A stretch of 64,000 bases of DNA from Trueperaceae bacterium. Lineage in GTDB: Bacteria > Deinococcota > Deinococci > Deinococcales > Trueperaceae. Location of the stretch: NCBI GenBank assembly GCA_965213705.1, contig OZ243913.1, positions 1,216,001 through 1,280,000 on the forward strand, read 5' to 3'. Below, in pieces: positions 1-9,242 of this stretch. The notes beneath the pieces were generated by a model. It saw nothing but the letters and a program-made list of their open reading frames with translations, did no database searches and was not told the origin of the DNA. The position numbers and the translations under genes were made by a program. The stretch's first letter is position 1; every line of letters begins with the position of its first letter.

Positions 1-452
1 TTATCGATATTCAGGACAAGGTCGCTCAGGATGAGGATTATCTGTTGAGCGCAGATGACATACGAGCCTGGGAAGCTGAGCACGGCGAAATTCCCTCAGG
101 TGCGCTCGTTATTCTTAATACCGGTTGGTACAAGCGTTTCGGCGAACCGGAGCGTTACATCAATATGGATGCCGAGGGAGTGATGCGCTTTCCCGGCTAC
201 GGACCCGATGCGGCCGAACTTCTTCTCGAGCGCGATGTTGCCGGCATCGGCATCGACACCTTGAGCCTTGACAACGGCTCTGCCGAAACATTTGCCACCC
301 ATGACATCATGCTTGGGGCCGATAAGTATCAAATCGAAAACATGGCCAATCTTGATGCGCTTCCACCTACTGGGGCAACGATAGTCGTGGGTGTGCTGCC
401 AGTGCGCGACGGCTCCCAGGCACAAGCACGAATTTTTGCGCTACTGCCTTAG
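1..452 (+). CDS. Cyclase-family (kynurenine formamidase-like) metal-dependent hydrolase, 5'-truncated by window edge
   Basis: Open frame from base 3; motifs LNTGW, FPG, GIGIDTLSLD, H..L...IEN(M)ANL..LP. Confidence 0.85.
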   Translation, partial: IDIQDKVAQDEDYLLSADDIRAWEAEHGEIPSGALVILNTGWYKRFGEPERYINMDAEGVMRFPGYGPDAAELLLERDVAGIGIDTLSLDNGSAETFATHDIMLGADKYQIENMANLDALPPTGATIVVGVLPVRDGSQAQARIFALLP

Positions 453-746
453 AGAGTGGCCTGAGTCATCTTTCTTGGTGGTGAGCTATCCTCTGGGACA
501 AACTTGGGCTAGCTCCTACCCAGACACCGGTATCTGAGAGGCGTGGTTACAGCGAGTTGGATAAGGGCGAGGTGAGATGGTTGGGCCACCGTATGCAAAC
601 GATGTGTCGTTCAGTCAGCCAAGAAAAAGAACAGAAGGGGACCCAACAAATTGACTCTCCCGCATTGACTGTGCTTGTTTTCGGTTTTCGTTCAGAACAA
701 CTCATGAGCACAATTCAAAGATGAATTCTATTGGGCGTTTCAACCC

Positions 747-1127
747 TTTTTCATTCCCGGTTATTGGACCGACCAAGTTGAGGGCAACAGCGTAGGTCTC
801 GCCGTTTTTGCTCATTCCAACGGCAGTTCCGGCACCTGCCCCACCTGTCTCGTCTCTAGCTTGCGGGTACACAGCTATTACGTCCGCACCCTCAAAGACC
901 TACCCTCTACGGATCAGCAAGTAGCCCTTTGCTTGCGCGTGCGTCGCTTCCGGTGCCTGAACAGTGCCTGCCCCAAGCAGGGCTTCGGGGAAGCCCTGCC
1001 CACGTTTTTAGAGGTCCGTGCTAGGCGTACTGAGCGCCTACAATCGGTTCAGGCTGCGGTTGGAACTGCGCTCGCTGCCGAGGAGGGTGCGCAGGTGGGG
1101 GGTCATGGGAGTAGTATACTGGGTTGA
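747..1127 (+). pseudogene. ISL3-family transposase N-terminal remnant
   Basis: In-frame CPTC...RVHSYYVRTLKDLP...LRVRRFRC.N..C zinc finger typical of ISL3; no start codon upstream of the Zn finger and no DDE domain. Confidence 0.8.
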
Positions 1128-1678
1128 CCGTGAGGCGGTTTGCGCCGTGTTAGCTCGTCAACTATAGTTCCTCTTTACGGTGTTAGGGGGGGTTTTAGAA
1201 TCCTACACGGCCTCCTGAACCCCTCAAAAACGCGGTAGCTTCACTCATGGACGATTTGAAAGTCTTGACCGAGACTGTGCCCGAGCGGGCCGCGGCCTTG
1301 GGCGAGGTGCGCCTTAGACACGTGCCTTGGGCCGCCGTCGGGTCGGGTGAGTTGAATCTGTAAGACTTTGTCAAAGGCATCTATTTGGACAGAGTCAGGG
1401 ACGGAATGGCTTATCTTGAGCACCTTCTCGAGGAGGGTGGTGAGGCTTGAGGGGTGGGGGAGAGGCGCACTCCAAAAAAAAACTAAGTTGTAGGATATTT
1501 CGCTGAGTTCATCGACATTCCTTCGCAAGCCCGGCCCCAGCGCACTCATGAGAAATGTCATTTAGGGCAAACAGAGGGAAATCCTATACTGCAGCATGGA
1601 TTCTCTCTCCAACCAACAACTCGAAAAGGCGATGCGGATAAACGCCAACTTAGGTGCTGACAAAGTCGGACGTCAAAG

Positions 1679-3781
1679 GTGAAAGCTACCGAGGCCAACT
1701 TCCTGGAGTTTCTTAAGAAGTCACCTCAGTTCGTCATCCCCATCTACCAGCGCACCTACAGCTGGACCGAACGCGAATGCCGCCAACTCTGGGACGATAT
1801 TTTGCGCACCGGCGACAACGACGCCGTCTCGGCCCACTTTATCGGCTCGGTCGTCTACATCGAGAAGGGACTCTACCAAGTCTCGAGTCAAAAGCCCCTC
1901 TTGGTCATCGACGGCCAACAGCGCCTGACCACCATGATGCTGGTCCTAGAAGCCCTGGCCCGGCAACTCGGCGAGGGTGAACCGGTCGACGGCTTCTCGG
2001 CCAGAAAGCTGCGCAACTACTACCTGCTCAACCCGCTCGAGGACGGCGAGCGAGCCTTCAAGCTGTTGCTTACCCAAACCGACAAGGACAGCCTGCTGGC
2101 CGTGGTGCAGCAGCGACACCTGCCCACAGAGCACTCATTCCGGTTGATAGAGAACTTTGCGTTTTTCGAACAACAAGTCAGGGGGTTGCGGCAGGACTTT
2201 GTCGCGCTTTGCAAGGGCCTCGCCAAACTTGTCATCGTGGATGTCTCCTTGAGCCGCGAGCAAGACAATCCCCAACTCATCTTCGAGAGTATGAACTCGA
2301 CCGGCCGCGAGTTGAGCCAAGCCGACCTCATTCGCAACTTTATCCTTATGGGCCTGGAGCCCGCCCACCAGACCCGGCTCTACGAGGACCATTGGCGGCC
2401 GATGGAGCTGGCGTTCGGTCAGGAAGCTTACGGTGCGCACTTCGACAGCTTTATGCGGCACTACCTCACGGTCAAAAGTGGTGACATTCCCAACGTCCGG
2501 CAGGTCTACGAGGCGTTCAAGACCCACGCCCGCACCCCCGTGGTGGCCGAGCGGGGTGTGGACGCGCTGGTCGCCGACATCCGGGCTTACGCCGACCACT
2601 ACTGCGCGATGGCGCTGGGCAGAGAAGCTGACAAAGACTTGGCGCTCGCTTTCCAAGACCTGCGCGAACTGCGGGTCGACGTGGCTTATCCGCTACTCCT
2701 CGAGCTGTACCACGACTACGCGGACGGGACGCTACCCAAGCCGGACTTTGTGCAGGCCGTCCGCCTTGTCGAGGCTTATGTTTTCAGGCGCTCTATCTGC
2801 TCGATTCCCACCAACTCGCTCAACAAGACGTTTGCCACCTTCGGCCGGACACTGAAGAAAGACCGCTATCTGGAAAGCGTGCAGGCGCAACTGCTCTTAC
2901 TACCTTCGTACCGGCGCTTTCCGCTCGACGAGGAGTTTGAGCGCGAAATCAAGGTGCGCGACCTTTACAACTTTCCGCGTCGCAGCTACTGGCTGCGACG
3001 GCTCGAGAACTTCGGCCGCAAGGAGCGAGTGCCCGTCAACGAGTACACCATCGAGCACATCCTGCCGCAAAACGAAAAGTTGTCCGGTAGCTGGCGGGAA
3101 GCGCTCGGCTCCGACTGGCAAAGTCTTCAAAAGACGTATTTGCACACCCTCGGCAACCTCACCTTGACGGGTTACAACTCCGAATACGGCGACCGGCCGT
3201 TCGTTGAAAAACGTGACATGCCCGGGGGGTTCAAGGAAAGTCCGCTTCGGTTGAATGAAGGTCTGGGTGCGCTCGCTACCTGGGATGAAACGGCTATCCG
3301 AGCACGAGCCGAGCGGCTCGCAAGCCAAGCCGCCAGGGTATGGGGCGCGCCGACGCTGACCCCGGAAGTGCTGGCGGCTTACCAGACTCAGGGTGCGCCG
3401 AGCCTGGGCTATAGCTTGGACGACCATCCGTATTTGGTCTCTGGTCCGATGCAACCCATCTTCGAGGCGTTTCGCCAAGAGGTGCTGGCTCTTGACCCGG
3501 TGGTGACCGAGGAGATTTTGAAGCTTTACGTGGCTTATAAAGCCGAGACAAACTTCGTGGACGTCGTGCCACAAGCTAAGCGGCTGCGTTTGTCTTTGAA
3601 CCTGCCCTTCCCGGACATCTACGACCCCAGGGGCCTGTGCAAGGACGTGTCAAACGTCGGGCGCTGGGGGAATGGGGATGTGGAGGTCGGTCTCTGCGAG
3701 CTTGCCGAGCTACCTTACGTGCTGGGGTTGGTGCGGCAGGCGTTTGAGAAGCAGATGGGGAATAGCGAGTTGGTGGGGTGA
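1679..3781 (+). CDS. GmrSD-like type IV restriction endonuclease (DUF262 + DUF1524/HNH + C-terminal DUF5655-like domain)
   Basis: IPIYQRTYSW, IDGQQRLTT, IFESMNSTG..L...DL, TIEHILPQ, LGNLTL...N motifs. Confidence 0.9.
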   Translation: MKATEANFLEFLKKSPQFVIPIYQRTYSWTERECRQLWDDILRTGDNDAVSAHFIGSVVYIEKGLYQVSSQKPLLVIDGQQRLTTMMLVLEALARQLGEGEPVDGFSARKLRNYYLLNPLEDGERAFKLLLTQTDKDSLLAVVQQRHLPTEHSFRLIENFAFFEQQVRGLRQDFVALCKGLAKLVIVDVSLSREQDNPQLIFESMNSTGRELSQADLIRNFILMGLEPAHQTRLYEDHWRPMELAFGQEAYGAHFDSFMRHYLTVKSGDIPNVRQVYEAFKTHARTPVVAERGVDALVADIRAYADHYCAMALGREADKDLALAFQDLRELRVDVAYPLLLELYHDYADGTLPKPDFVQAVRLVEAYVFRRSICSIPTNSLNKTFATFGRTLKKDRYLESVQAQLLLLPSYRRFPLDEEFEREIKVRDLYNFPRRSYWLRRLENFGRKERVPVNEYTIEHILPQNEKLSGSWREALGSDWQSLQKTYLHTLGNLTLTGYNSEYGDRPFVEKRDMPGGFKESPLRLNEGLGALATWDETAIRARAERLASQAARVWGAPTLTPEVLAAYQTQGAPSLGYSLDDHPYLVSGPMQPIFEAFRQEVLALDPVVTEEILKLYVAYKAETNFVDVVPQAKRLRLSLNLPFPDIYDPRGLCKDVSNVGRWGNGDVEVGLCELAELPYVLGLVRQAFEKQMGNSELVG

Positions 3782-3801
3782 CGCGCCAAGGAGACAAGAC
3801 A

Positions 3802-4221
3802 ATGGAAGAACGTCTCAGTGCGCTGGCCGCGTTCCTACCCCGGTTCGAAGAGCCTGACTTCGCCTTTGGGGAATGGAGTCAACCCGCCACCGTGGAACCC
3901 GGCGTGATGGTCATGCCCTACTACGCCTACAGCGACACGGCCAACACCTTTGTCGAGATGGTTTACGAGTTCGACTGGATTGTTGCCGACCTCGACTGGC
4001 CCAGTTGGAAAGGCACGCCCGAAGCGACCGAGCTGCGCGACGACCCGGAAAAGCTGGCTCAGGCAACCCTTGGGCAGCTGGCAAAGCTTCTCACGGTGCT
4101 GGTTCGCCAGGACCGCTTTGTCGAAGGGGCGCTCGCCGGGGCTTACGAGGCTGGCCTCCTTACCGGGATTGTTCAGCGGGCCGCTTGGCTCGAGGTGGAA
4201 ATGACCGGAAACCAGACATAA
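3802..4221 (+). CDS. DUF6508-like protein
   Basis: DWPSW...L.KLLT..VRQDRFVEGAL..AYEAG motif; AAGGAG RBS 8 nt before ATG 3802 (alternative GTG start at 3778 overlaps the upstream stop). Confidence 0.65.
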   Translation: MEERLSALAAFLPRFEEPDFAFGEWSQPATVEPGVMVMPYYAYSDTANTFVEMVYEFDWIVADLDWPSWKGTPEATELRDDPEKLAQATLGQLAKLLTVLVRQDRFVEGALAGAYEAGLLTGIVQRAAWLEVEMTGNQT

Positions 4222-4496
4222 ATTGCTTTCCGAAGGTTTTTAATCTTTCTCGTATTTGTAGCCGAGGGCGAACGAGCGCCTCACCATGCCCGCGGCAACT
4301 TAGCGAAGACCCAACACTGACGACGGCTGCTCACAAGGCGCGTGTTATTCTTTCCAGAAGGCCATAATGCCCAAATACCGAGGAAACAAAAAAGGTAGTC
4401 GACCGAGCCCTAGCGGCTTCTCGAGGTGTGATGTCGACGCTGCTCAAGTGGAAAAGTTTGGAGATACTGGGTGCCCGTTGAGATAAAAAGCGTGTC

Positions 4497-6911
4497 ATGG
4501 CGATAAAAAAGACCGAACTCTACAGCTCGCTCTGGGAAAGCTGCGACGAACTGCGCGGCGGCATGGACGCGTCTCAGTACAAAGACTATGTGTTGACGCT
4601 GCTCTTCATCAAGTACGTCAGCGACAAGTACGCCGGGGTGCCCTACGCGGCCATCACGGTGCCGGAAGGTGCGAGCTTTGCCGACATGGTTGCCTTGAAG
4701 GGCAAGACCGACATCGGCGACCAAATCAACAAGAAAATCATCGGCCCGCTGGCAAATGCCAACCAGCAGTTGTCCCAGTCCGACTTTCCGGACTTCAACG
4801 ACCCCGTCAAACTCGGCAGCGACAAGGAAATGGTCGAGCGCCTGAGCAACCTCATCGGCATCTTTCAGCGGCCTGCTCTGAACTTCAGCAAAAACCGCGC
4901 CGACGGCGACGACATCCTCGGCGACGCTTACGAGTACCTCATGCGTCACTTTGCCACCGAGAGCGGTAAGAGCAAGGGACAGTTCTACACCCCCGCCGAG
5001 GTCAGCCGCATCATCGCGCAAATCGTTGGCATCAAAGACGCGCAGACCAGCAGCGGCACTACCGTGTACGACCCCACCTGCGGCTCGGGCTCGCTGCTTT
5101 TGAAAGTGGCCGACGAGGCCGCTACTCGGGTCACGCTCTACGGGCAGGAAAAAGACGCCGCCACCTCGGGCTTAGCGCGCATGAACATGATTTTGCACGA
5201 CAACTCGGAAGCGTTGATTGTCCAGGGCAACACTCTCGCCGACCCGAAGTTCAAAGACGGCACCGTCCTCAAGACGTTTGACTTCGTGGTCGCCAATCCG
5301 CCCTTTAGCGACAAGCGCTGGAGCACCGGGCTCAATCCCCTTGAAGACCCCTTCGAACGCTTCAAACATGACGGCGCGCCGCCCGCCAAGCAAGGAGACT
5401 ACGCTTATCTGCTCCACATCATCCGCTCGCTCAAGAGCACCGGCAAGGGGGCGTGCATCTTGCCGCACGGCGTGCTGTTCCGGGGCAACGCCGAGGCCGA
5501 CATCCGCCGCAACCTGGTGCGCAAGGGCTACCTCAAGGGTGTTGTCGGACTACCCGCCAACCTCTTTTACGGCACCGGCATCCCCGCCTGCATCGTCGTG
5601 GTGGACAAAGAGCATGCGCACGGCCGCACGGGCATCTTTATGGTTGACGCGTCTCGAGGCTTCAGCAAAGACGGCAACAAGAACCGCCTGCGCGCGCTGG
5701 ACATCCACAAAATCGTGGACGTGTTCAACCGGCAGGTGGAAGTGCCCAAGTACGCCCGCATGGTGCCCTTTAGCGAAATAGAGAAGAACGAGTACAACCT
5801 CAACATTCCGCGCTACATCGACAGCCAGCAAGAAGAGGACGTGCAGGACATCGAGGGGCACTTGAAGGGCGGCATCCCCCGCGCCGACGTCGACGCCCTC
5901 GAGCTCTACTGGCAGGTCTGCCCGGCGCTCCGTGGTTCGCTGTTCAGGGACAAGCGCCCCGGCTACGTCGAACTGACCGTTGGCAAAGACGCCATCAAGC
6001 CCACCATCTTCGAGCACGAGCAGTTCGTCACCTTCACCTGCACCATGAGCAACCTGTTCGAAACCTGGCAAGCGCGGAGCAGCGAGAAACTTAAAGCCTT
6101 GGAAGCAGGCTGCCAACCCAAAGAAGTCATCACCGAGTTGGGCGAAGACCTGCTCGAGCATTACCAGAACAAGCCCCTCATTGACCCGTACGACGTTTAC
6201 CAGCACCTCATGGATTACTGGGCCGAGACCATGCAAGACGACCTTTACCTGATTGCCGCCGACGGTTGGAAGGCGGAAACCTACCGCGTCATCGAACGGG
6301 ACAAGAAGGGCAAGGGGAAAGACAAGGGCTGGGCCTGCGACCTCGTACCCAAACCTCTTATCGTCGCCCGCTACTTTGCCGCTGAGCAAGAAACCATAGC
6401 TAAGCTCGAGGCCGAGCTAGAAATGGTCGCCGCCGGGCTGACTGAACTGGAAGAGGAACACGGTGGCGACGAGGGCGCGTACGCAGAACTCGAGAAGGTA
6501 AACAAGGCGAACGTGACCGCACGGCTTAAGGAACTTAAAGGTATGTTCGGCGACGACTCCCAAGACGAGATGGACGCGCTGGAAGCCTGGTTGAACCTTT
6601 ACACCCGGCAGACCGACTTGAAAAAAGACCTCAAAGACGCCGAGGCCGAGCTTGACGCCAAAGCCTACGCCAAGTATCCGACACTTTCTGAAGACGCCAT
6701 CAAGACCCTAGTTGTAGACGACAAGTGGATGAACACCCTGCAACGCGCCATCTCCGGCGAGATGGACCGCATCAGCCAAACGCTGACAGGTCGTGTGAAA
6801 GAGTTGGCCGAACGCTACGAGACGCCGCTGCCTGTGCTCGGCGCGAAGGTAAGCGACCTCGAGGCCAAGGTCGGCGCGCACCTCCAAAAGATGGGTTACG
6901 CGTGGGACTAG
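4497..6911 (+). CDS. hsdM: Type I R-M methyltransferase subunit
   Basis: LWESCDELRGGMD, GQFYTP, YDPTCGSG, NPPF, YNLNIPRY. Confidence 0.95.
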   Translation: MAIKKTELYSSLWESCDELRGGMDASQYKDYVLTLLFIKYVSDKYAGVPYAAITVPEGASFADMVALKGKTDIGDQINKKIIGPLANANQQLSQSDFPDFNDPVKLGSDKEMVERLSNLIGIFQRPALNFSKNRADGDDILGDAYEYLMRHFATESGKSKGQFYTPAEVSRIIAQIVGIKDAQTSSGTTVYDPTCGSGSLLLKVADEAATRVTLYGQEKDAATSGLARMNMILHDNSEALIVQGNTLADPKFKDGTVLKTFDFVVANPPFSDKRWSTGLNPLEDPFERFKHDGAPPAKQGDYAYLLHIIRSLKSTGKGACILPHGVLFRGNAEADIRRNLVRKGYLKGVVGLPANLFYGTGIPACIVVVDKEHAHGRTGIFMVDASRGFSKDGNKNRLRALDIHKIVDVFNRQVEVPKYARMVPFSEIEKNEYNLNIPRYIDSQQEEDVQDIEGHLKGGIPRADVDALELYWQVCPALRGSLFRDKRPGYVELTVGKDAIKPTIFEHEQFVTFTCTMSNLFETWQARSSEKLKALEAGCQPKEVITELGEDLLEHYQNKPLIDPYDVYQHLMDYWAETMQDDLYLIAADGWKAETYRVIERDKKGKGKDKGWACDLVPKPLIVARYFAAEQETIAKLEAELEMVAAGLTELEEEHGGDEGAYAELEKVNKANVTARLKELKGMFGDDSQDEMDALEAWLNLYTRQTDLKKDLKDAEAELDAKAYAKYPTLSEDAIKTLVVDDKWMNTLQRAISGEMDRISQTLTGRVKELAERYETPLPVLGAKVSDLEAKVGAHLQKMGYAWD

Positions 6912-7945
6912 CCGCGACGACCGAGTACCAGGGGCTTCTCGAGCGCATCTTGCAGACCTTTGAGCGGGGCCGCGCCCAGGCGCTCGGCGCGGTCAACCGC
7001 CAGCTTTTAGAGACCTATTGGCAGGTCGGGCGGTACATCGTCGAGTTTGAGCAGGGCGGCGAAGAACGCGCGGAATACGGCGCGGCGCTATTAGACACAC
7101 TCTCGAAAGACCTGAAGCTGCGCCACGGTAGGGGTTTTAGCCGCAGCAACCTCGTCTACATGCGCCAGTTTTATCTGGCCTACCCAAAAGGTGTGACACT
7201 GTCTGACGTTTTAAGCTGGTCGCACGTCATCGAACTCTTGAAGCTCGACGACCCTTTGGAGCGCGGCTTTTACGAACAACAGACGGCGCGCGAACGCTGG
7301 TCGGTGCGGGAACTCAAACGCCAAAAAGAAAGCTCGCTCTTTTTGCGCCTTGCCAGCTCCCGCGACAAGGCGGGCATCTTGCAGCTTGCCCGAGAAGGCC
7401 AAACCCTCACCCAACCCGCCGACCTCTTGCGCGAGCCCTACGTCTTCGAATTTTTGAAGGTCGCCGAGCCCGCACAGGTCTCCGAAAGCCAGCTCGAGGC
7501 CCTCCTCTACGACCACCTCCAGGCATTCTTGTTAGAACTCGGCAAAGGCTTCACCTTCGTCGGGCGGCAGGTCCGGGTGACGGTAAACAACACCCACTAC
7601 CGCGTAGACCTCGTTTTCTACCACCGCATCCTGCGCTGTTTCGTGCTCATCGACCTCAAGCTCGGCGAGGTGCAGCACGCCGACATCGGCCAGATGAACC
7701 TCTACCTCGGCTACTTCGCCAACGAGGAGAACATCGAGGGGGACGGGCCGCCCATCGGCATCATCTTTAGCCGCCAAAAAGACGAGCTTCTGGTTGAATA
7801 CGCTACCTACGGCATGAGCAGCCAGCTTTTCGTGCAGAAGTATCAGCTCTATTTGCCGGGGCGTGAGGAGCTGAGAGCCGAGTTGGAGCGGACGCTCGCG
7901 GAGGCGGAAAATATGAGTGGAGAAGGGAGAATTGAAAATGGATAA
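6902..7945 (+). CDS. YhcG/DUF1016-family PD-(D/E)XK nuclease
   Basis: YWQVGRYIVE, GFS..NL..MRQFY, LSWSH, WSVREL, PYVFEFL, FLLELGKGF.FV, DLVFYH..LRC.VLIDLK; probable GTG start overlapping the hsdM end. Confidence 0.9.
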   Translation: MGLAATTEYQGLLERILQTFERGRAQALGAVNRQLLETYWQVGRYIVEFEQGGEERAEYGAALLDTLSKDLKLRHGRGFSRSNLVYMRQFYLAYPKGVTLSDVLSWSHVIELLKLDDPLERGFYEQQTARERWSVRELKRQKESSLFLRLASSRDKAGILQLAREGQTLTQPADLLREPYVFEFLKVAEPAQVSESQLEALLYDHLQAFLLELGKGFTFVGRQVRVTVNNTHYRVDLVFYHRILRCFVLIDLKLGEVQHADIGQMNLYLGYFANEENIEGDGPPIGIIFSRQKDELLVEYATYGMSSQLFVQKYQLYLPGREELRAELERTLAEAENMSGEGRIENG

Positions 7946-7974
7946 TTCTCAATCCTCCACGCTCAACTCTCCAC
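7917..7974. repeat. Imperfect heptamer-unit inverted repeat at the yhcG/hsdS junction
   Basis: GTGGAGA-AGGGAGA-ATTGAAA-ATGGATA followed by complementary ATTCTCA-ATCCTCC-ACGCTCA-ACTCTCC-AC; encodes the DNSQSSTLNSP leader of HsdS. Confidence 0.55.
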
Positions 7975-9141
7975 CGGTTCCTGCGGGGTACAAGCAGACG
8001 GAGGTGGGGGTGATACCGGAGGGCTGGGATGTGACATTTCTTGGGGATTTGTTGAGTGAGAAGCCAAGCTATGGAATAAATGCGCCAGCAGTTGCTTTTG
8101 ATTCAAGGTTTCCAACCTACTTGCGAATAACGGACATTTCTGAACAGGGTCGTTTTATTCATGAAGCAAAGGCCTCAGTTAATCATCCTGCGAGCACAAA
8201 TTATGGTTTGAACGCTGGCGACCTCGTTTTTGCAAGAACCGGGGCCAGTGTAGGCAAGTCTTATCACTATCGCTCTGAAGATGGTGAATTGGTTTTTGCT
8301 GGCTTCTTAATTCGGTTCAGTCCAGATAATCAAAAACTAATTTCCGAGTATCTCAAATTTTACGCGCAAAGTGGTTTTTATTGGAACTGGGTAAGGGTAA
8401 ACTCCATGAGGAGCGGACAACCCGGCATCAACAGCCAGGAGTATGCTTCACTGCCCGTTGCCCTCCCGCCCACCACCCTCGAGCAACAACTCATCGCCGA
8501 AGCCTTGAGCGATGCGGACGCGCTGATTAAGGGACTCGAGGGGCTCATCGCCAAAAAACTCGAGCTTAAAATAAGGTGCCATCCAGGAACTGTTACGCCC
8601 AAAGGACGGATGGGCAGTTAGAACTTTGGGCGAAATTGCATTTATAAAAACCGGAGGGCGCAACAACCAGGATAAAGTCGAAGATGGAGCGTATCCCTTT
8701 TTTGTTCGTTCCGCTACGGTGGAACAAATCAATAGTTACTCGTACGACTGTGAGGCCATCCTCGTACCTGGTGAGGGAGGCATTGGAAGCATATTTCACT
8801 ACATCAACGGTCGGTTCGACGTACACCAGCGGGTTTATGCCCTTACGCAGTTCACTCGAGAGGCATGCGGTAAATTTGTCTATTTTTATATGGTCAATTA
8901 CTTTGGTTCACACGCAATGCAAAACTCAGTGAAAGCAACAGTAGATTCATTACGTCTACCCACGTTTCAAAACTTCGAGATTTCCATGCCACCAACCCAT
9001 AAAGAACAAGTCGCCATCGCCACCATCCTCTCCGACATAGACGCCGAAATCACCGGGCTCGAGGCCAAACTCGCCAAAGCCCGTCACATCAAGCAAGGCA
9101 TGATGCAAGACCTCTTGACAGGGCGGGTGCGGCTGGTATGA
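7938..9141 (+). pseudogene. hsdS: Type I R-M specificity subunit, split by a +1 frameshift near 8568-8575
   Basis: GYKQTEVGVIPEGW, EQQ.IAEALSD.D and KQGMMQDLLTGRVRLV; LIAKKLELK continues as GAIQELLRPKDGW in the +1 frame. Confidence 0.9.
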
Positions 9142-9242
9142 GCTTGTCTGAGATACTCTCCGCACTGCGGAGACTTTGCAAACATAAACGTTTGGAGGCG
9201 AAGTTGCAGCACGTACACCAGCTCGAGGAGCCCGGCGCATGA
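9138..9242 (+). CDS. 34-aa mini-ORF coupled to hsdS and hsdR
   Basis: ATG overlaps the hsdS stop (ATGA) and its TGA overlaps the hsdR ATG (ATGA). Confidence 0.45.
   Translation: MSLSEILSALRRLCKHKRLEAKLQHVHQLEEPGA

Noticed and set aside
1241..1561. 106-aa minus-strand ORF
   Set aside because: No recognisable motif or RBS; possibly decayed sequence, cannot be supported
4211..4238. Additional dif-like candidates (ACCAGACATAA-ATTGCT-TTCCGAAGGTT; also near 31431, 42593 and 60123)
   Set aside because: Only one good half-site or wrong spacing; too degenerate without a PWM test
6725..6901. N-terminal extension of the YhcG ORF
   Set aside because: Overlaps hsdM in another frame; family similarity begins near 6902
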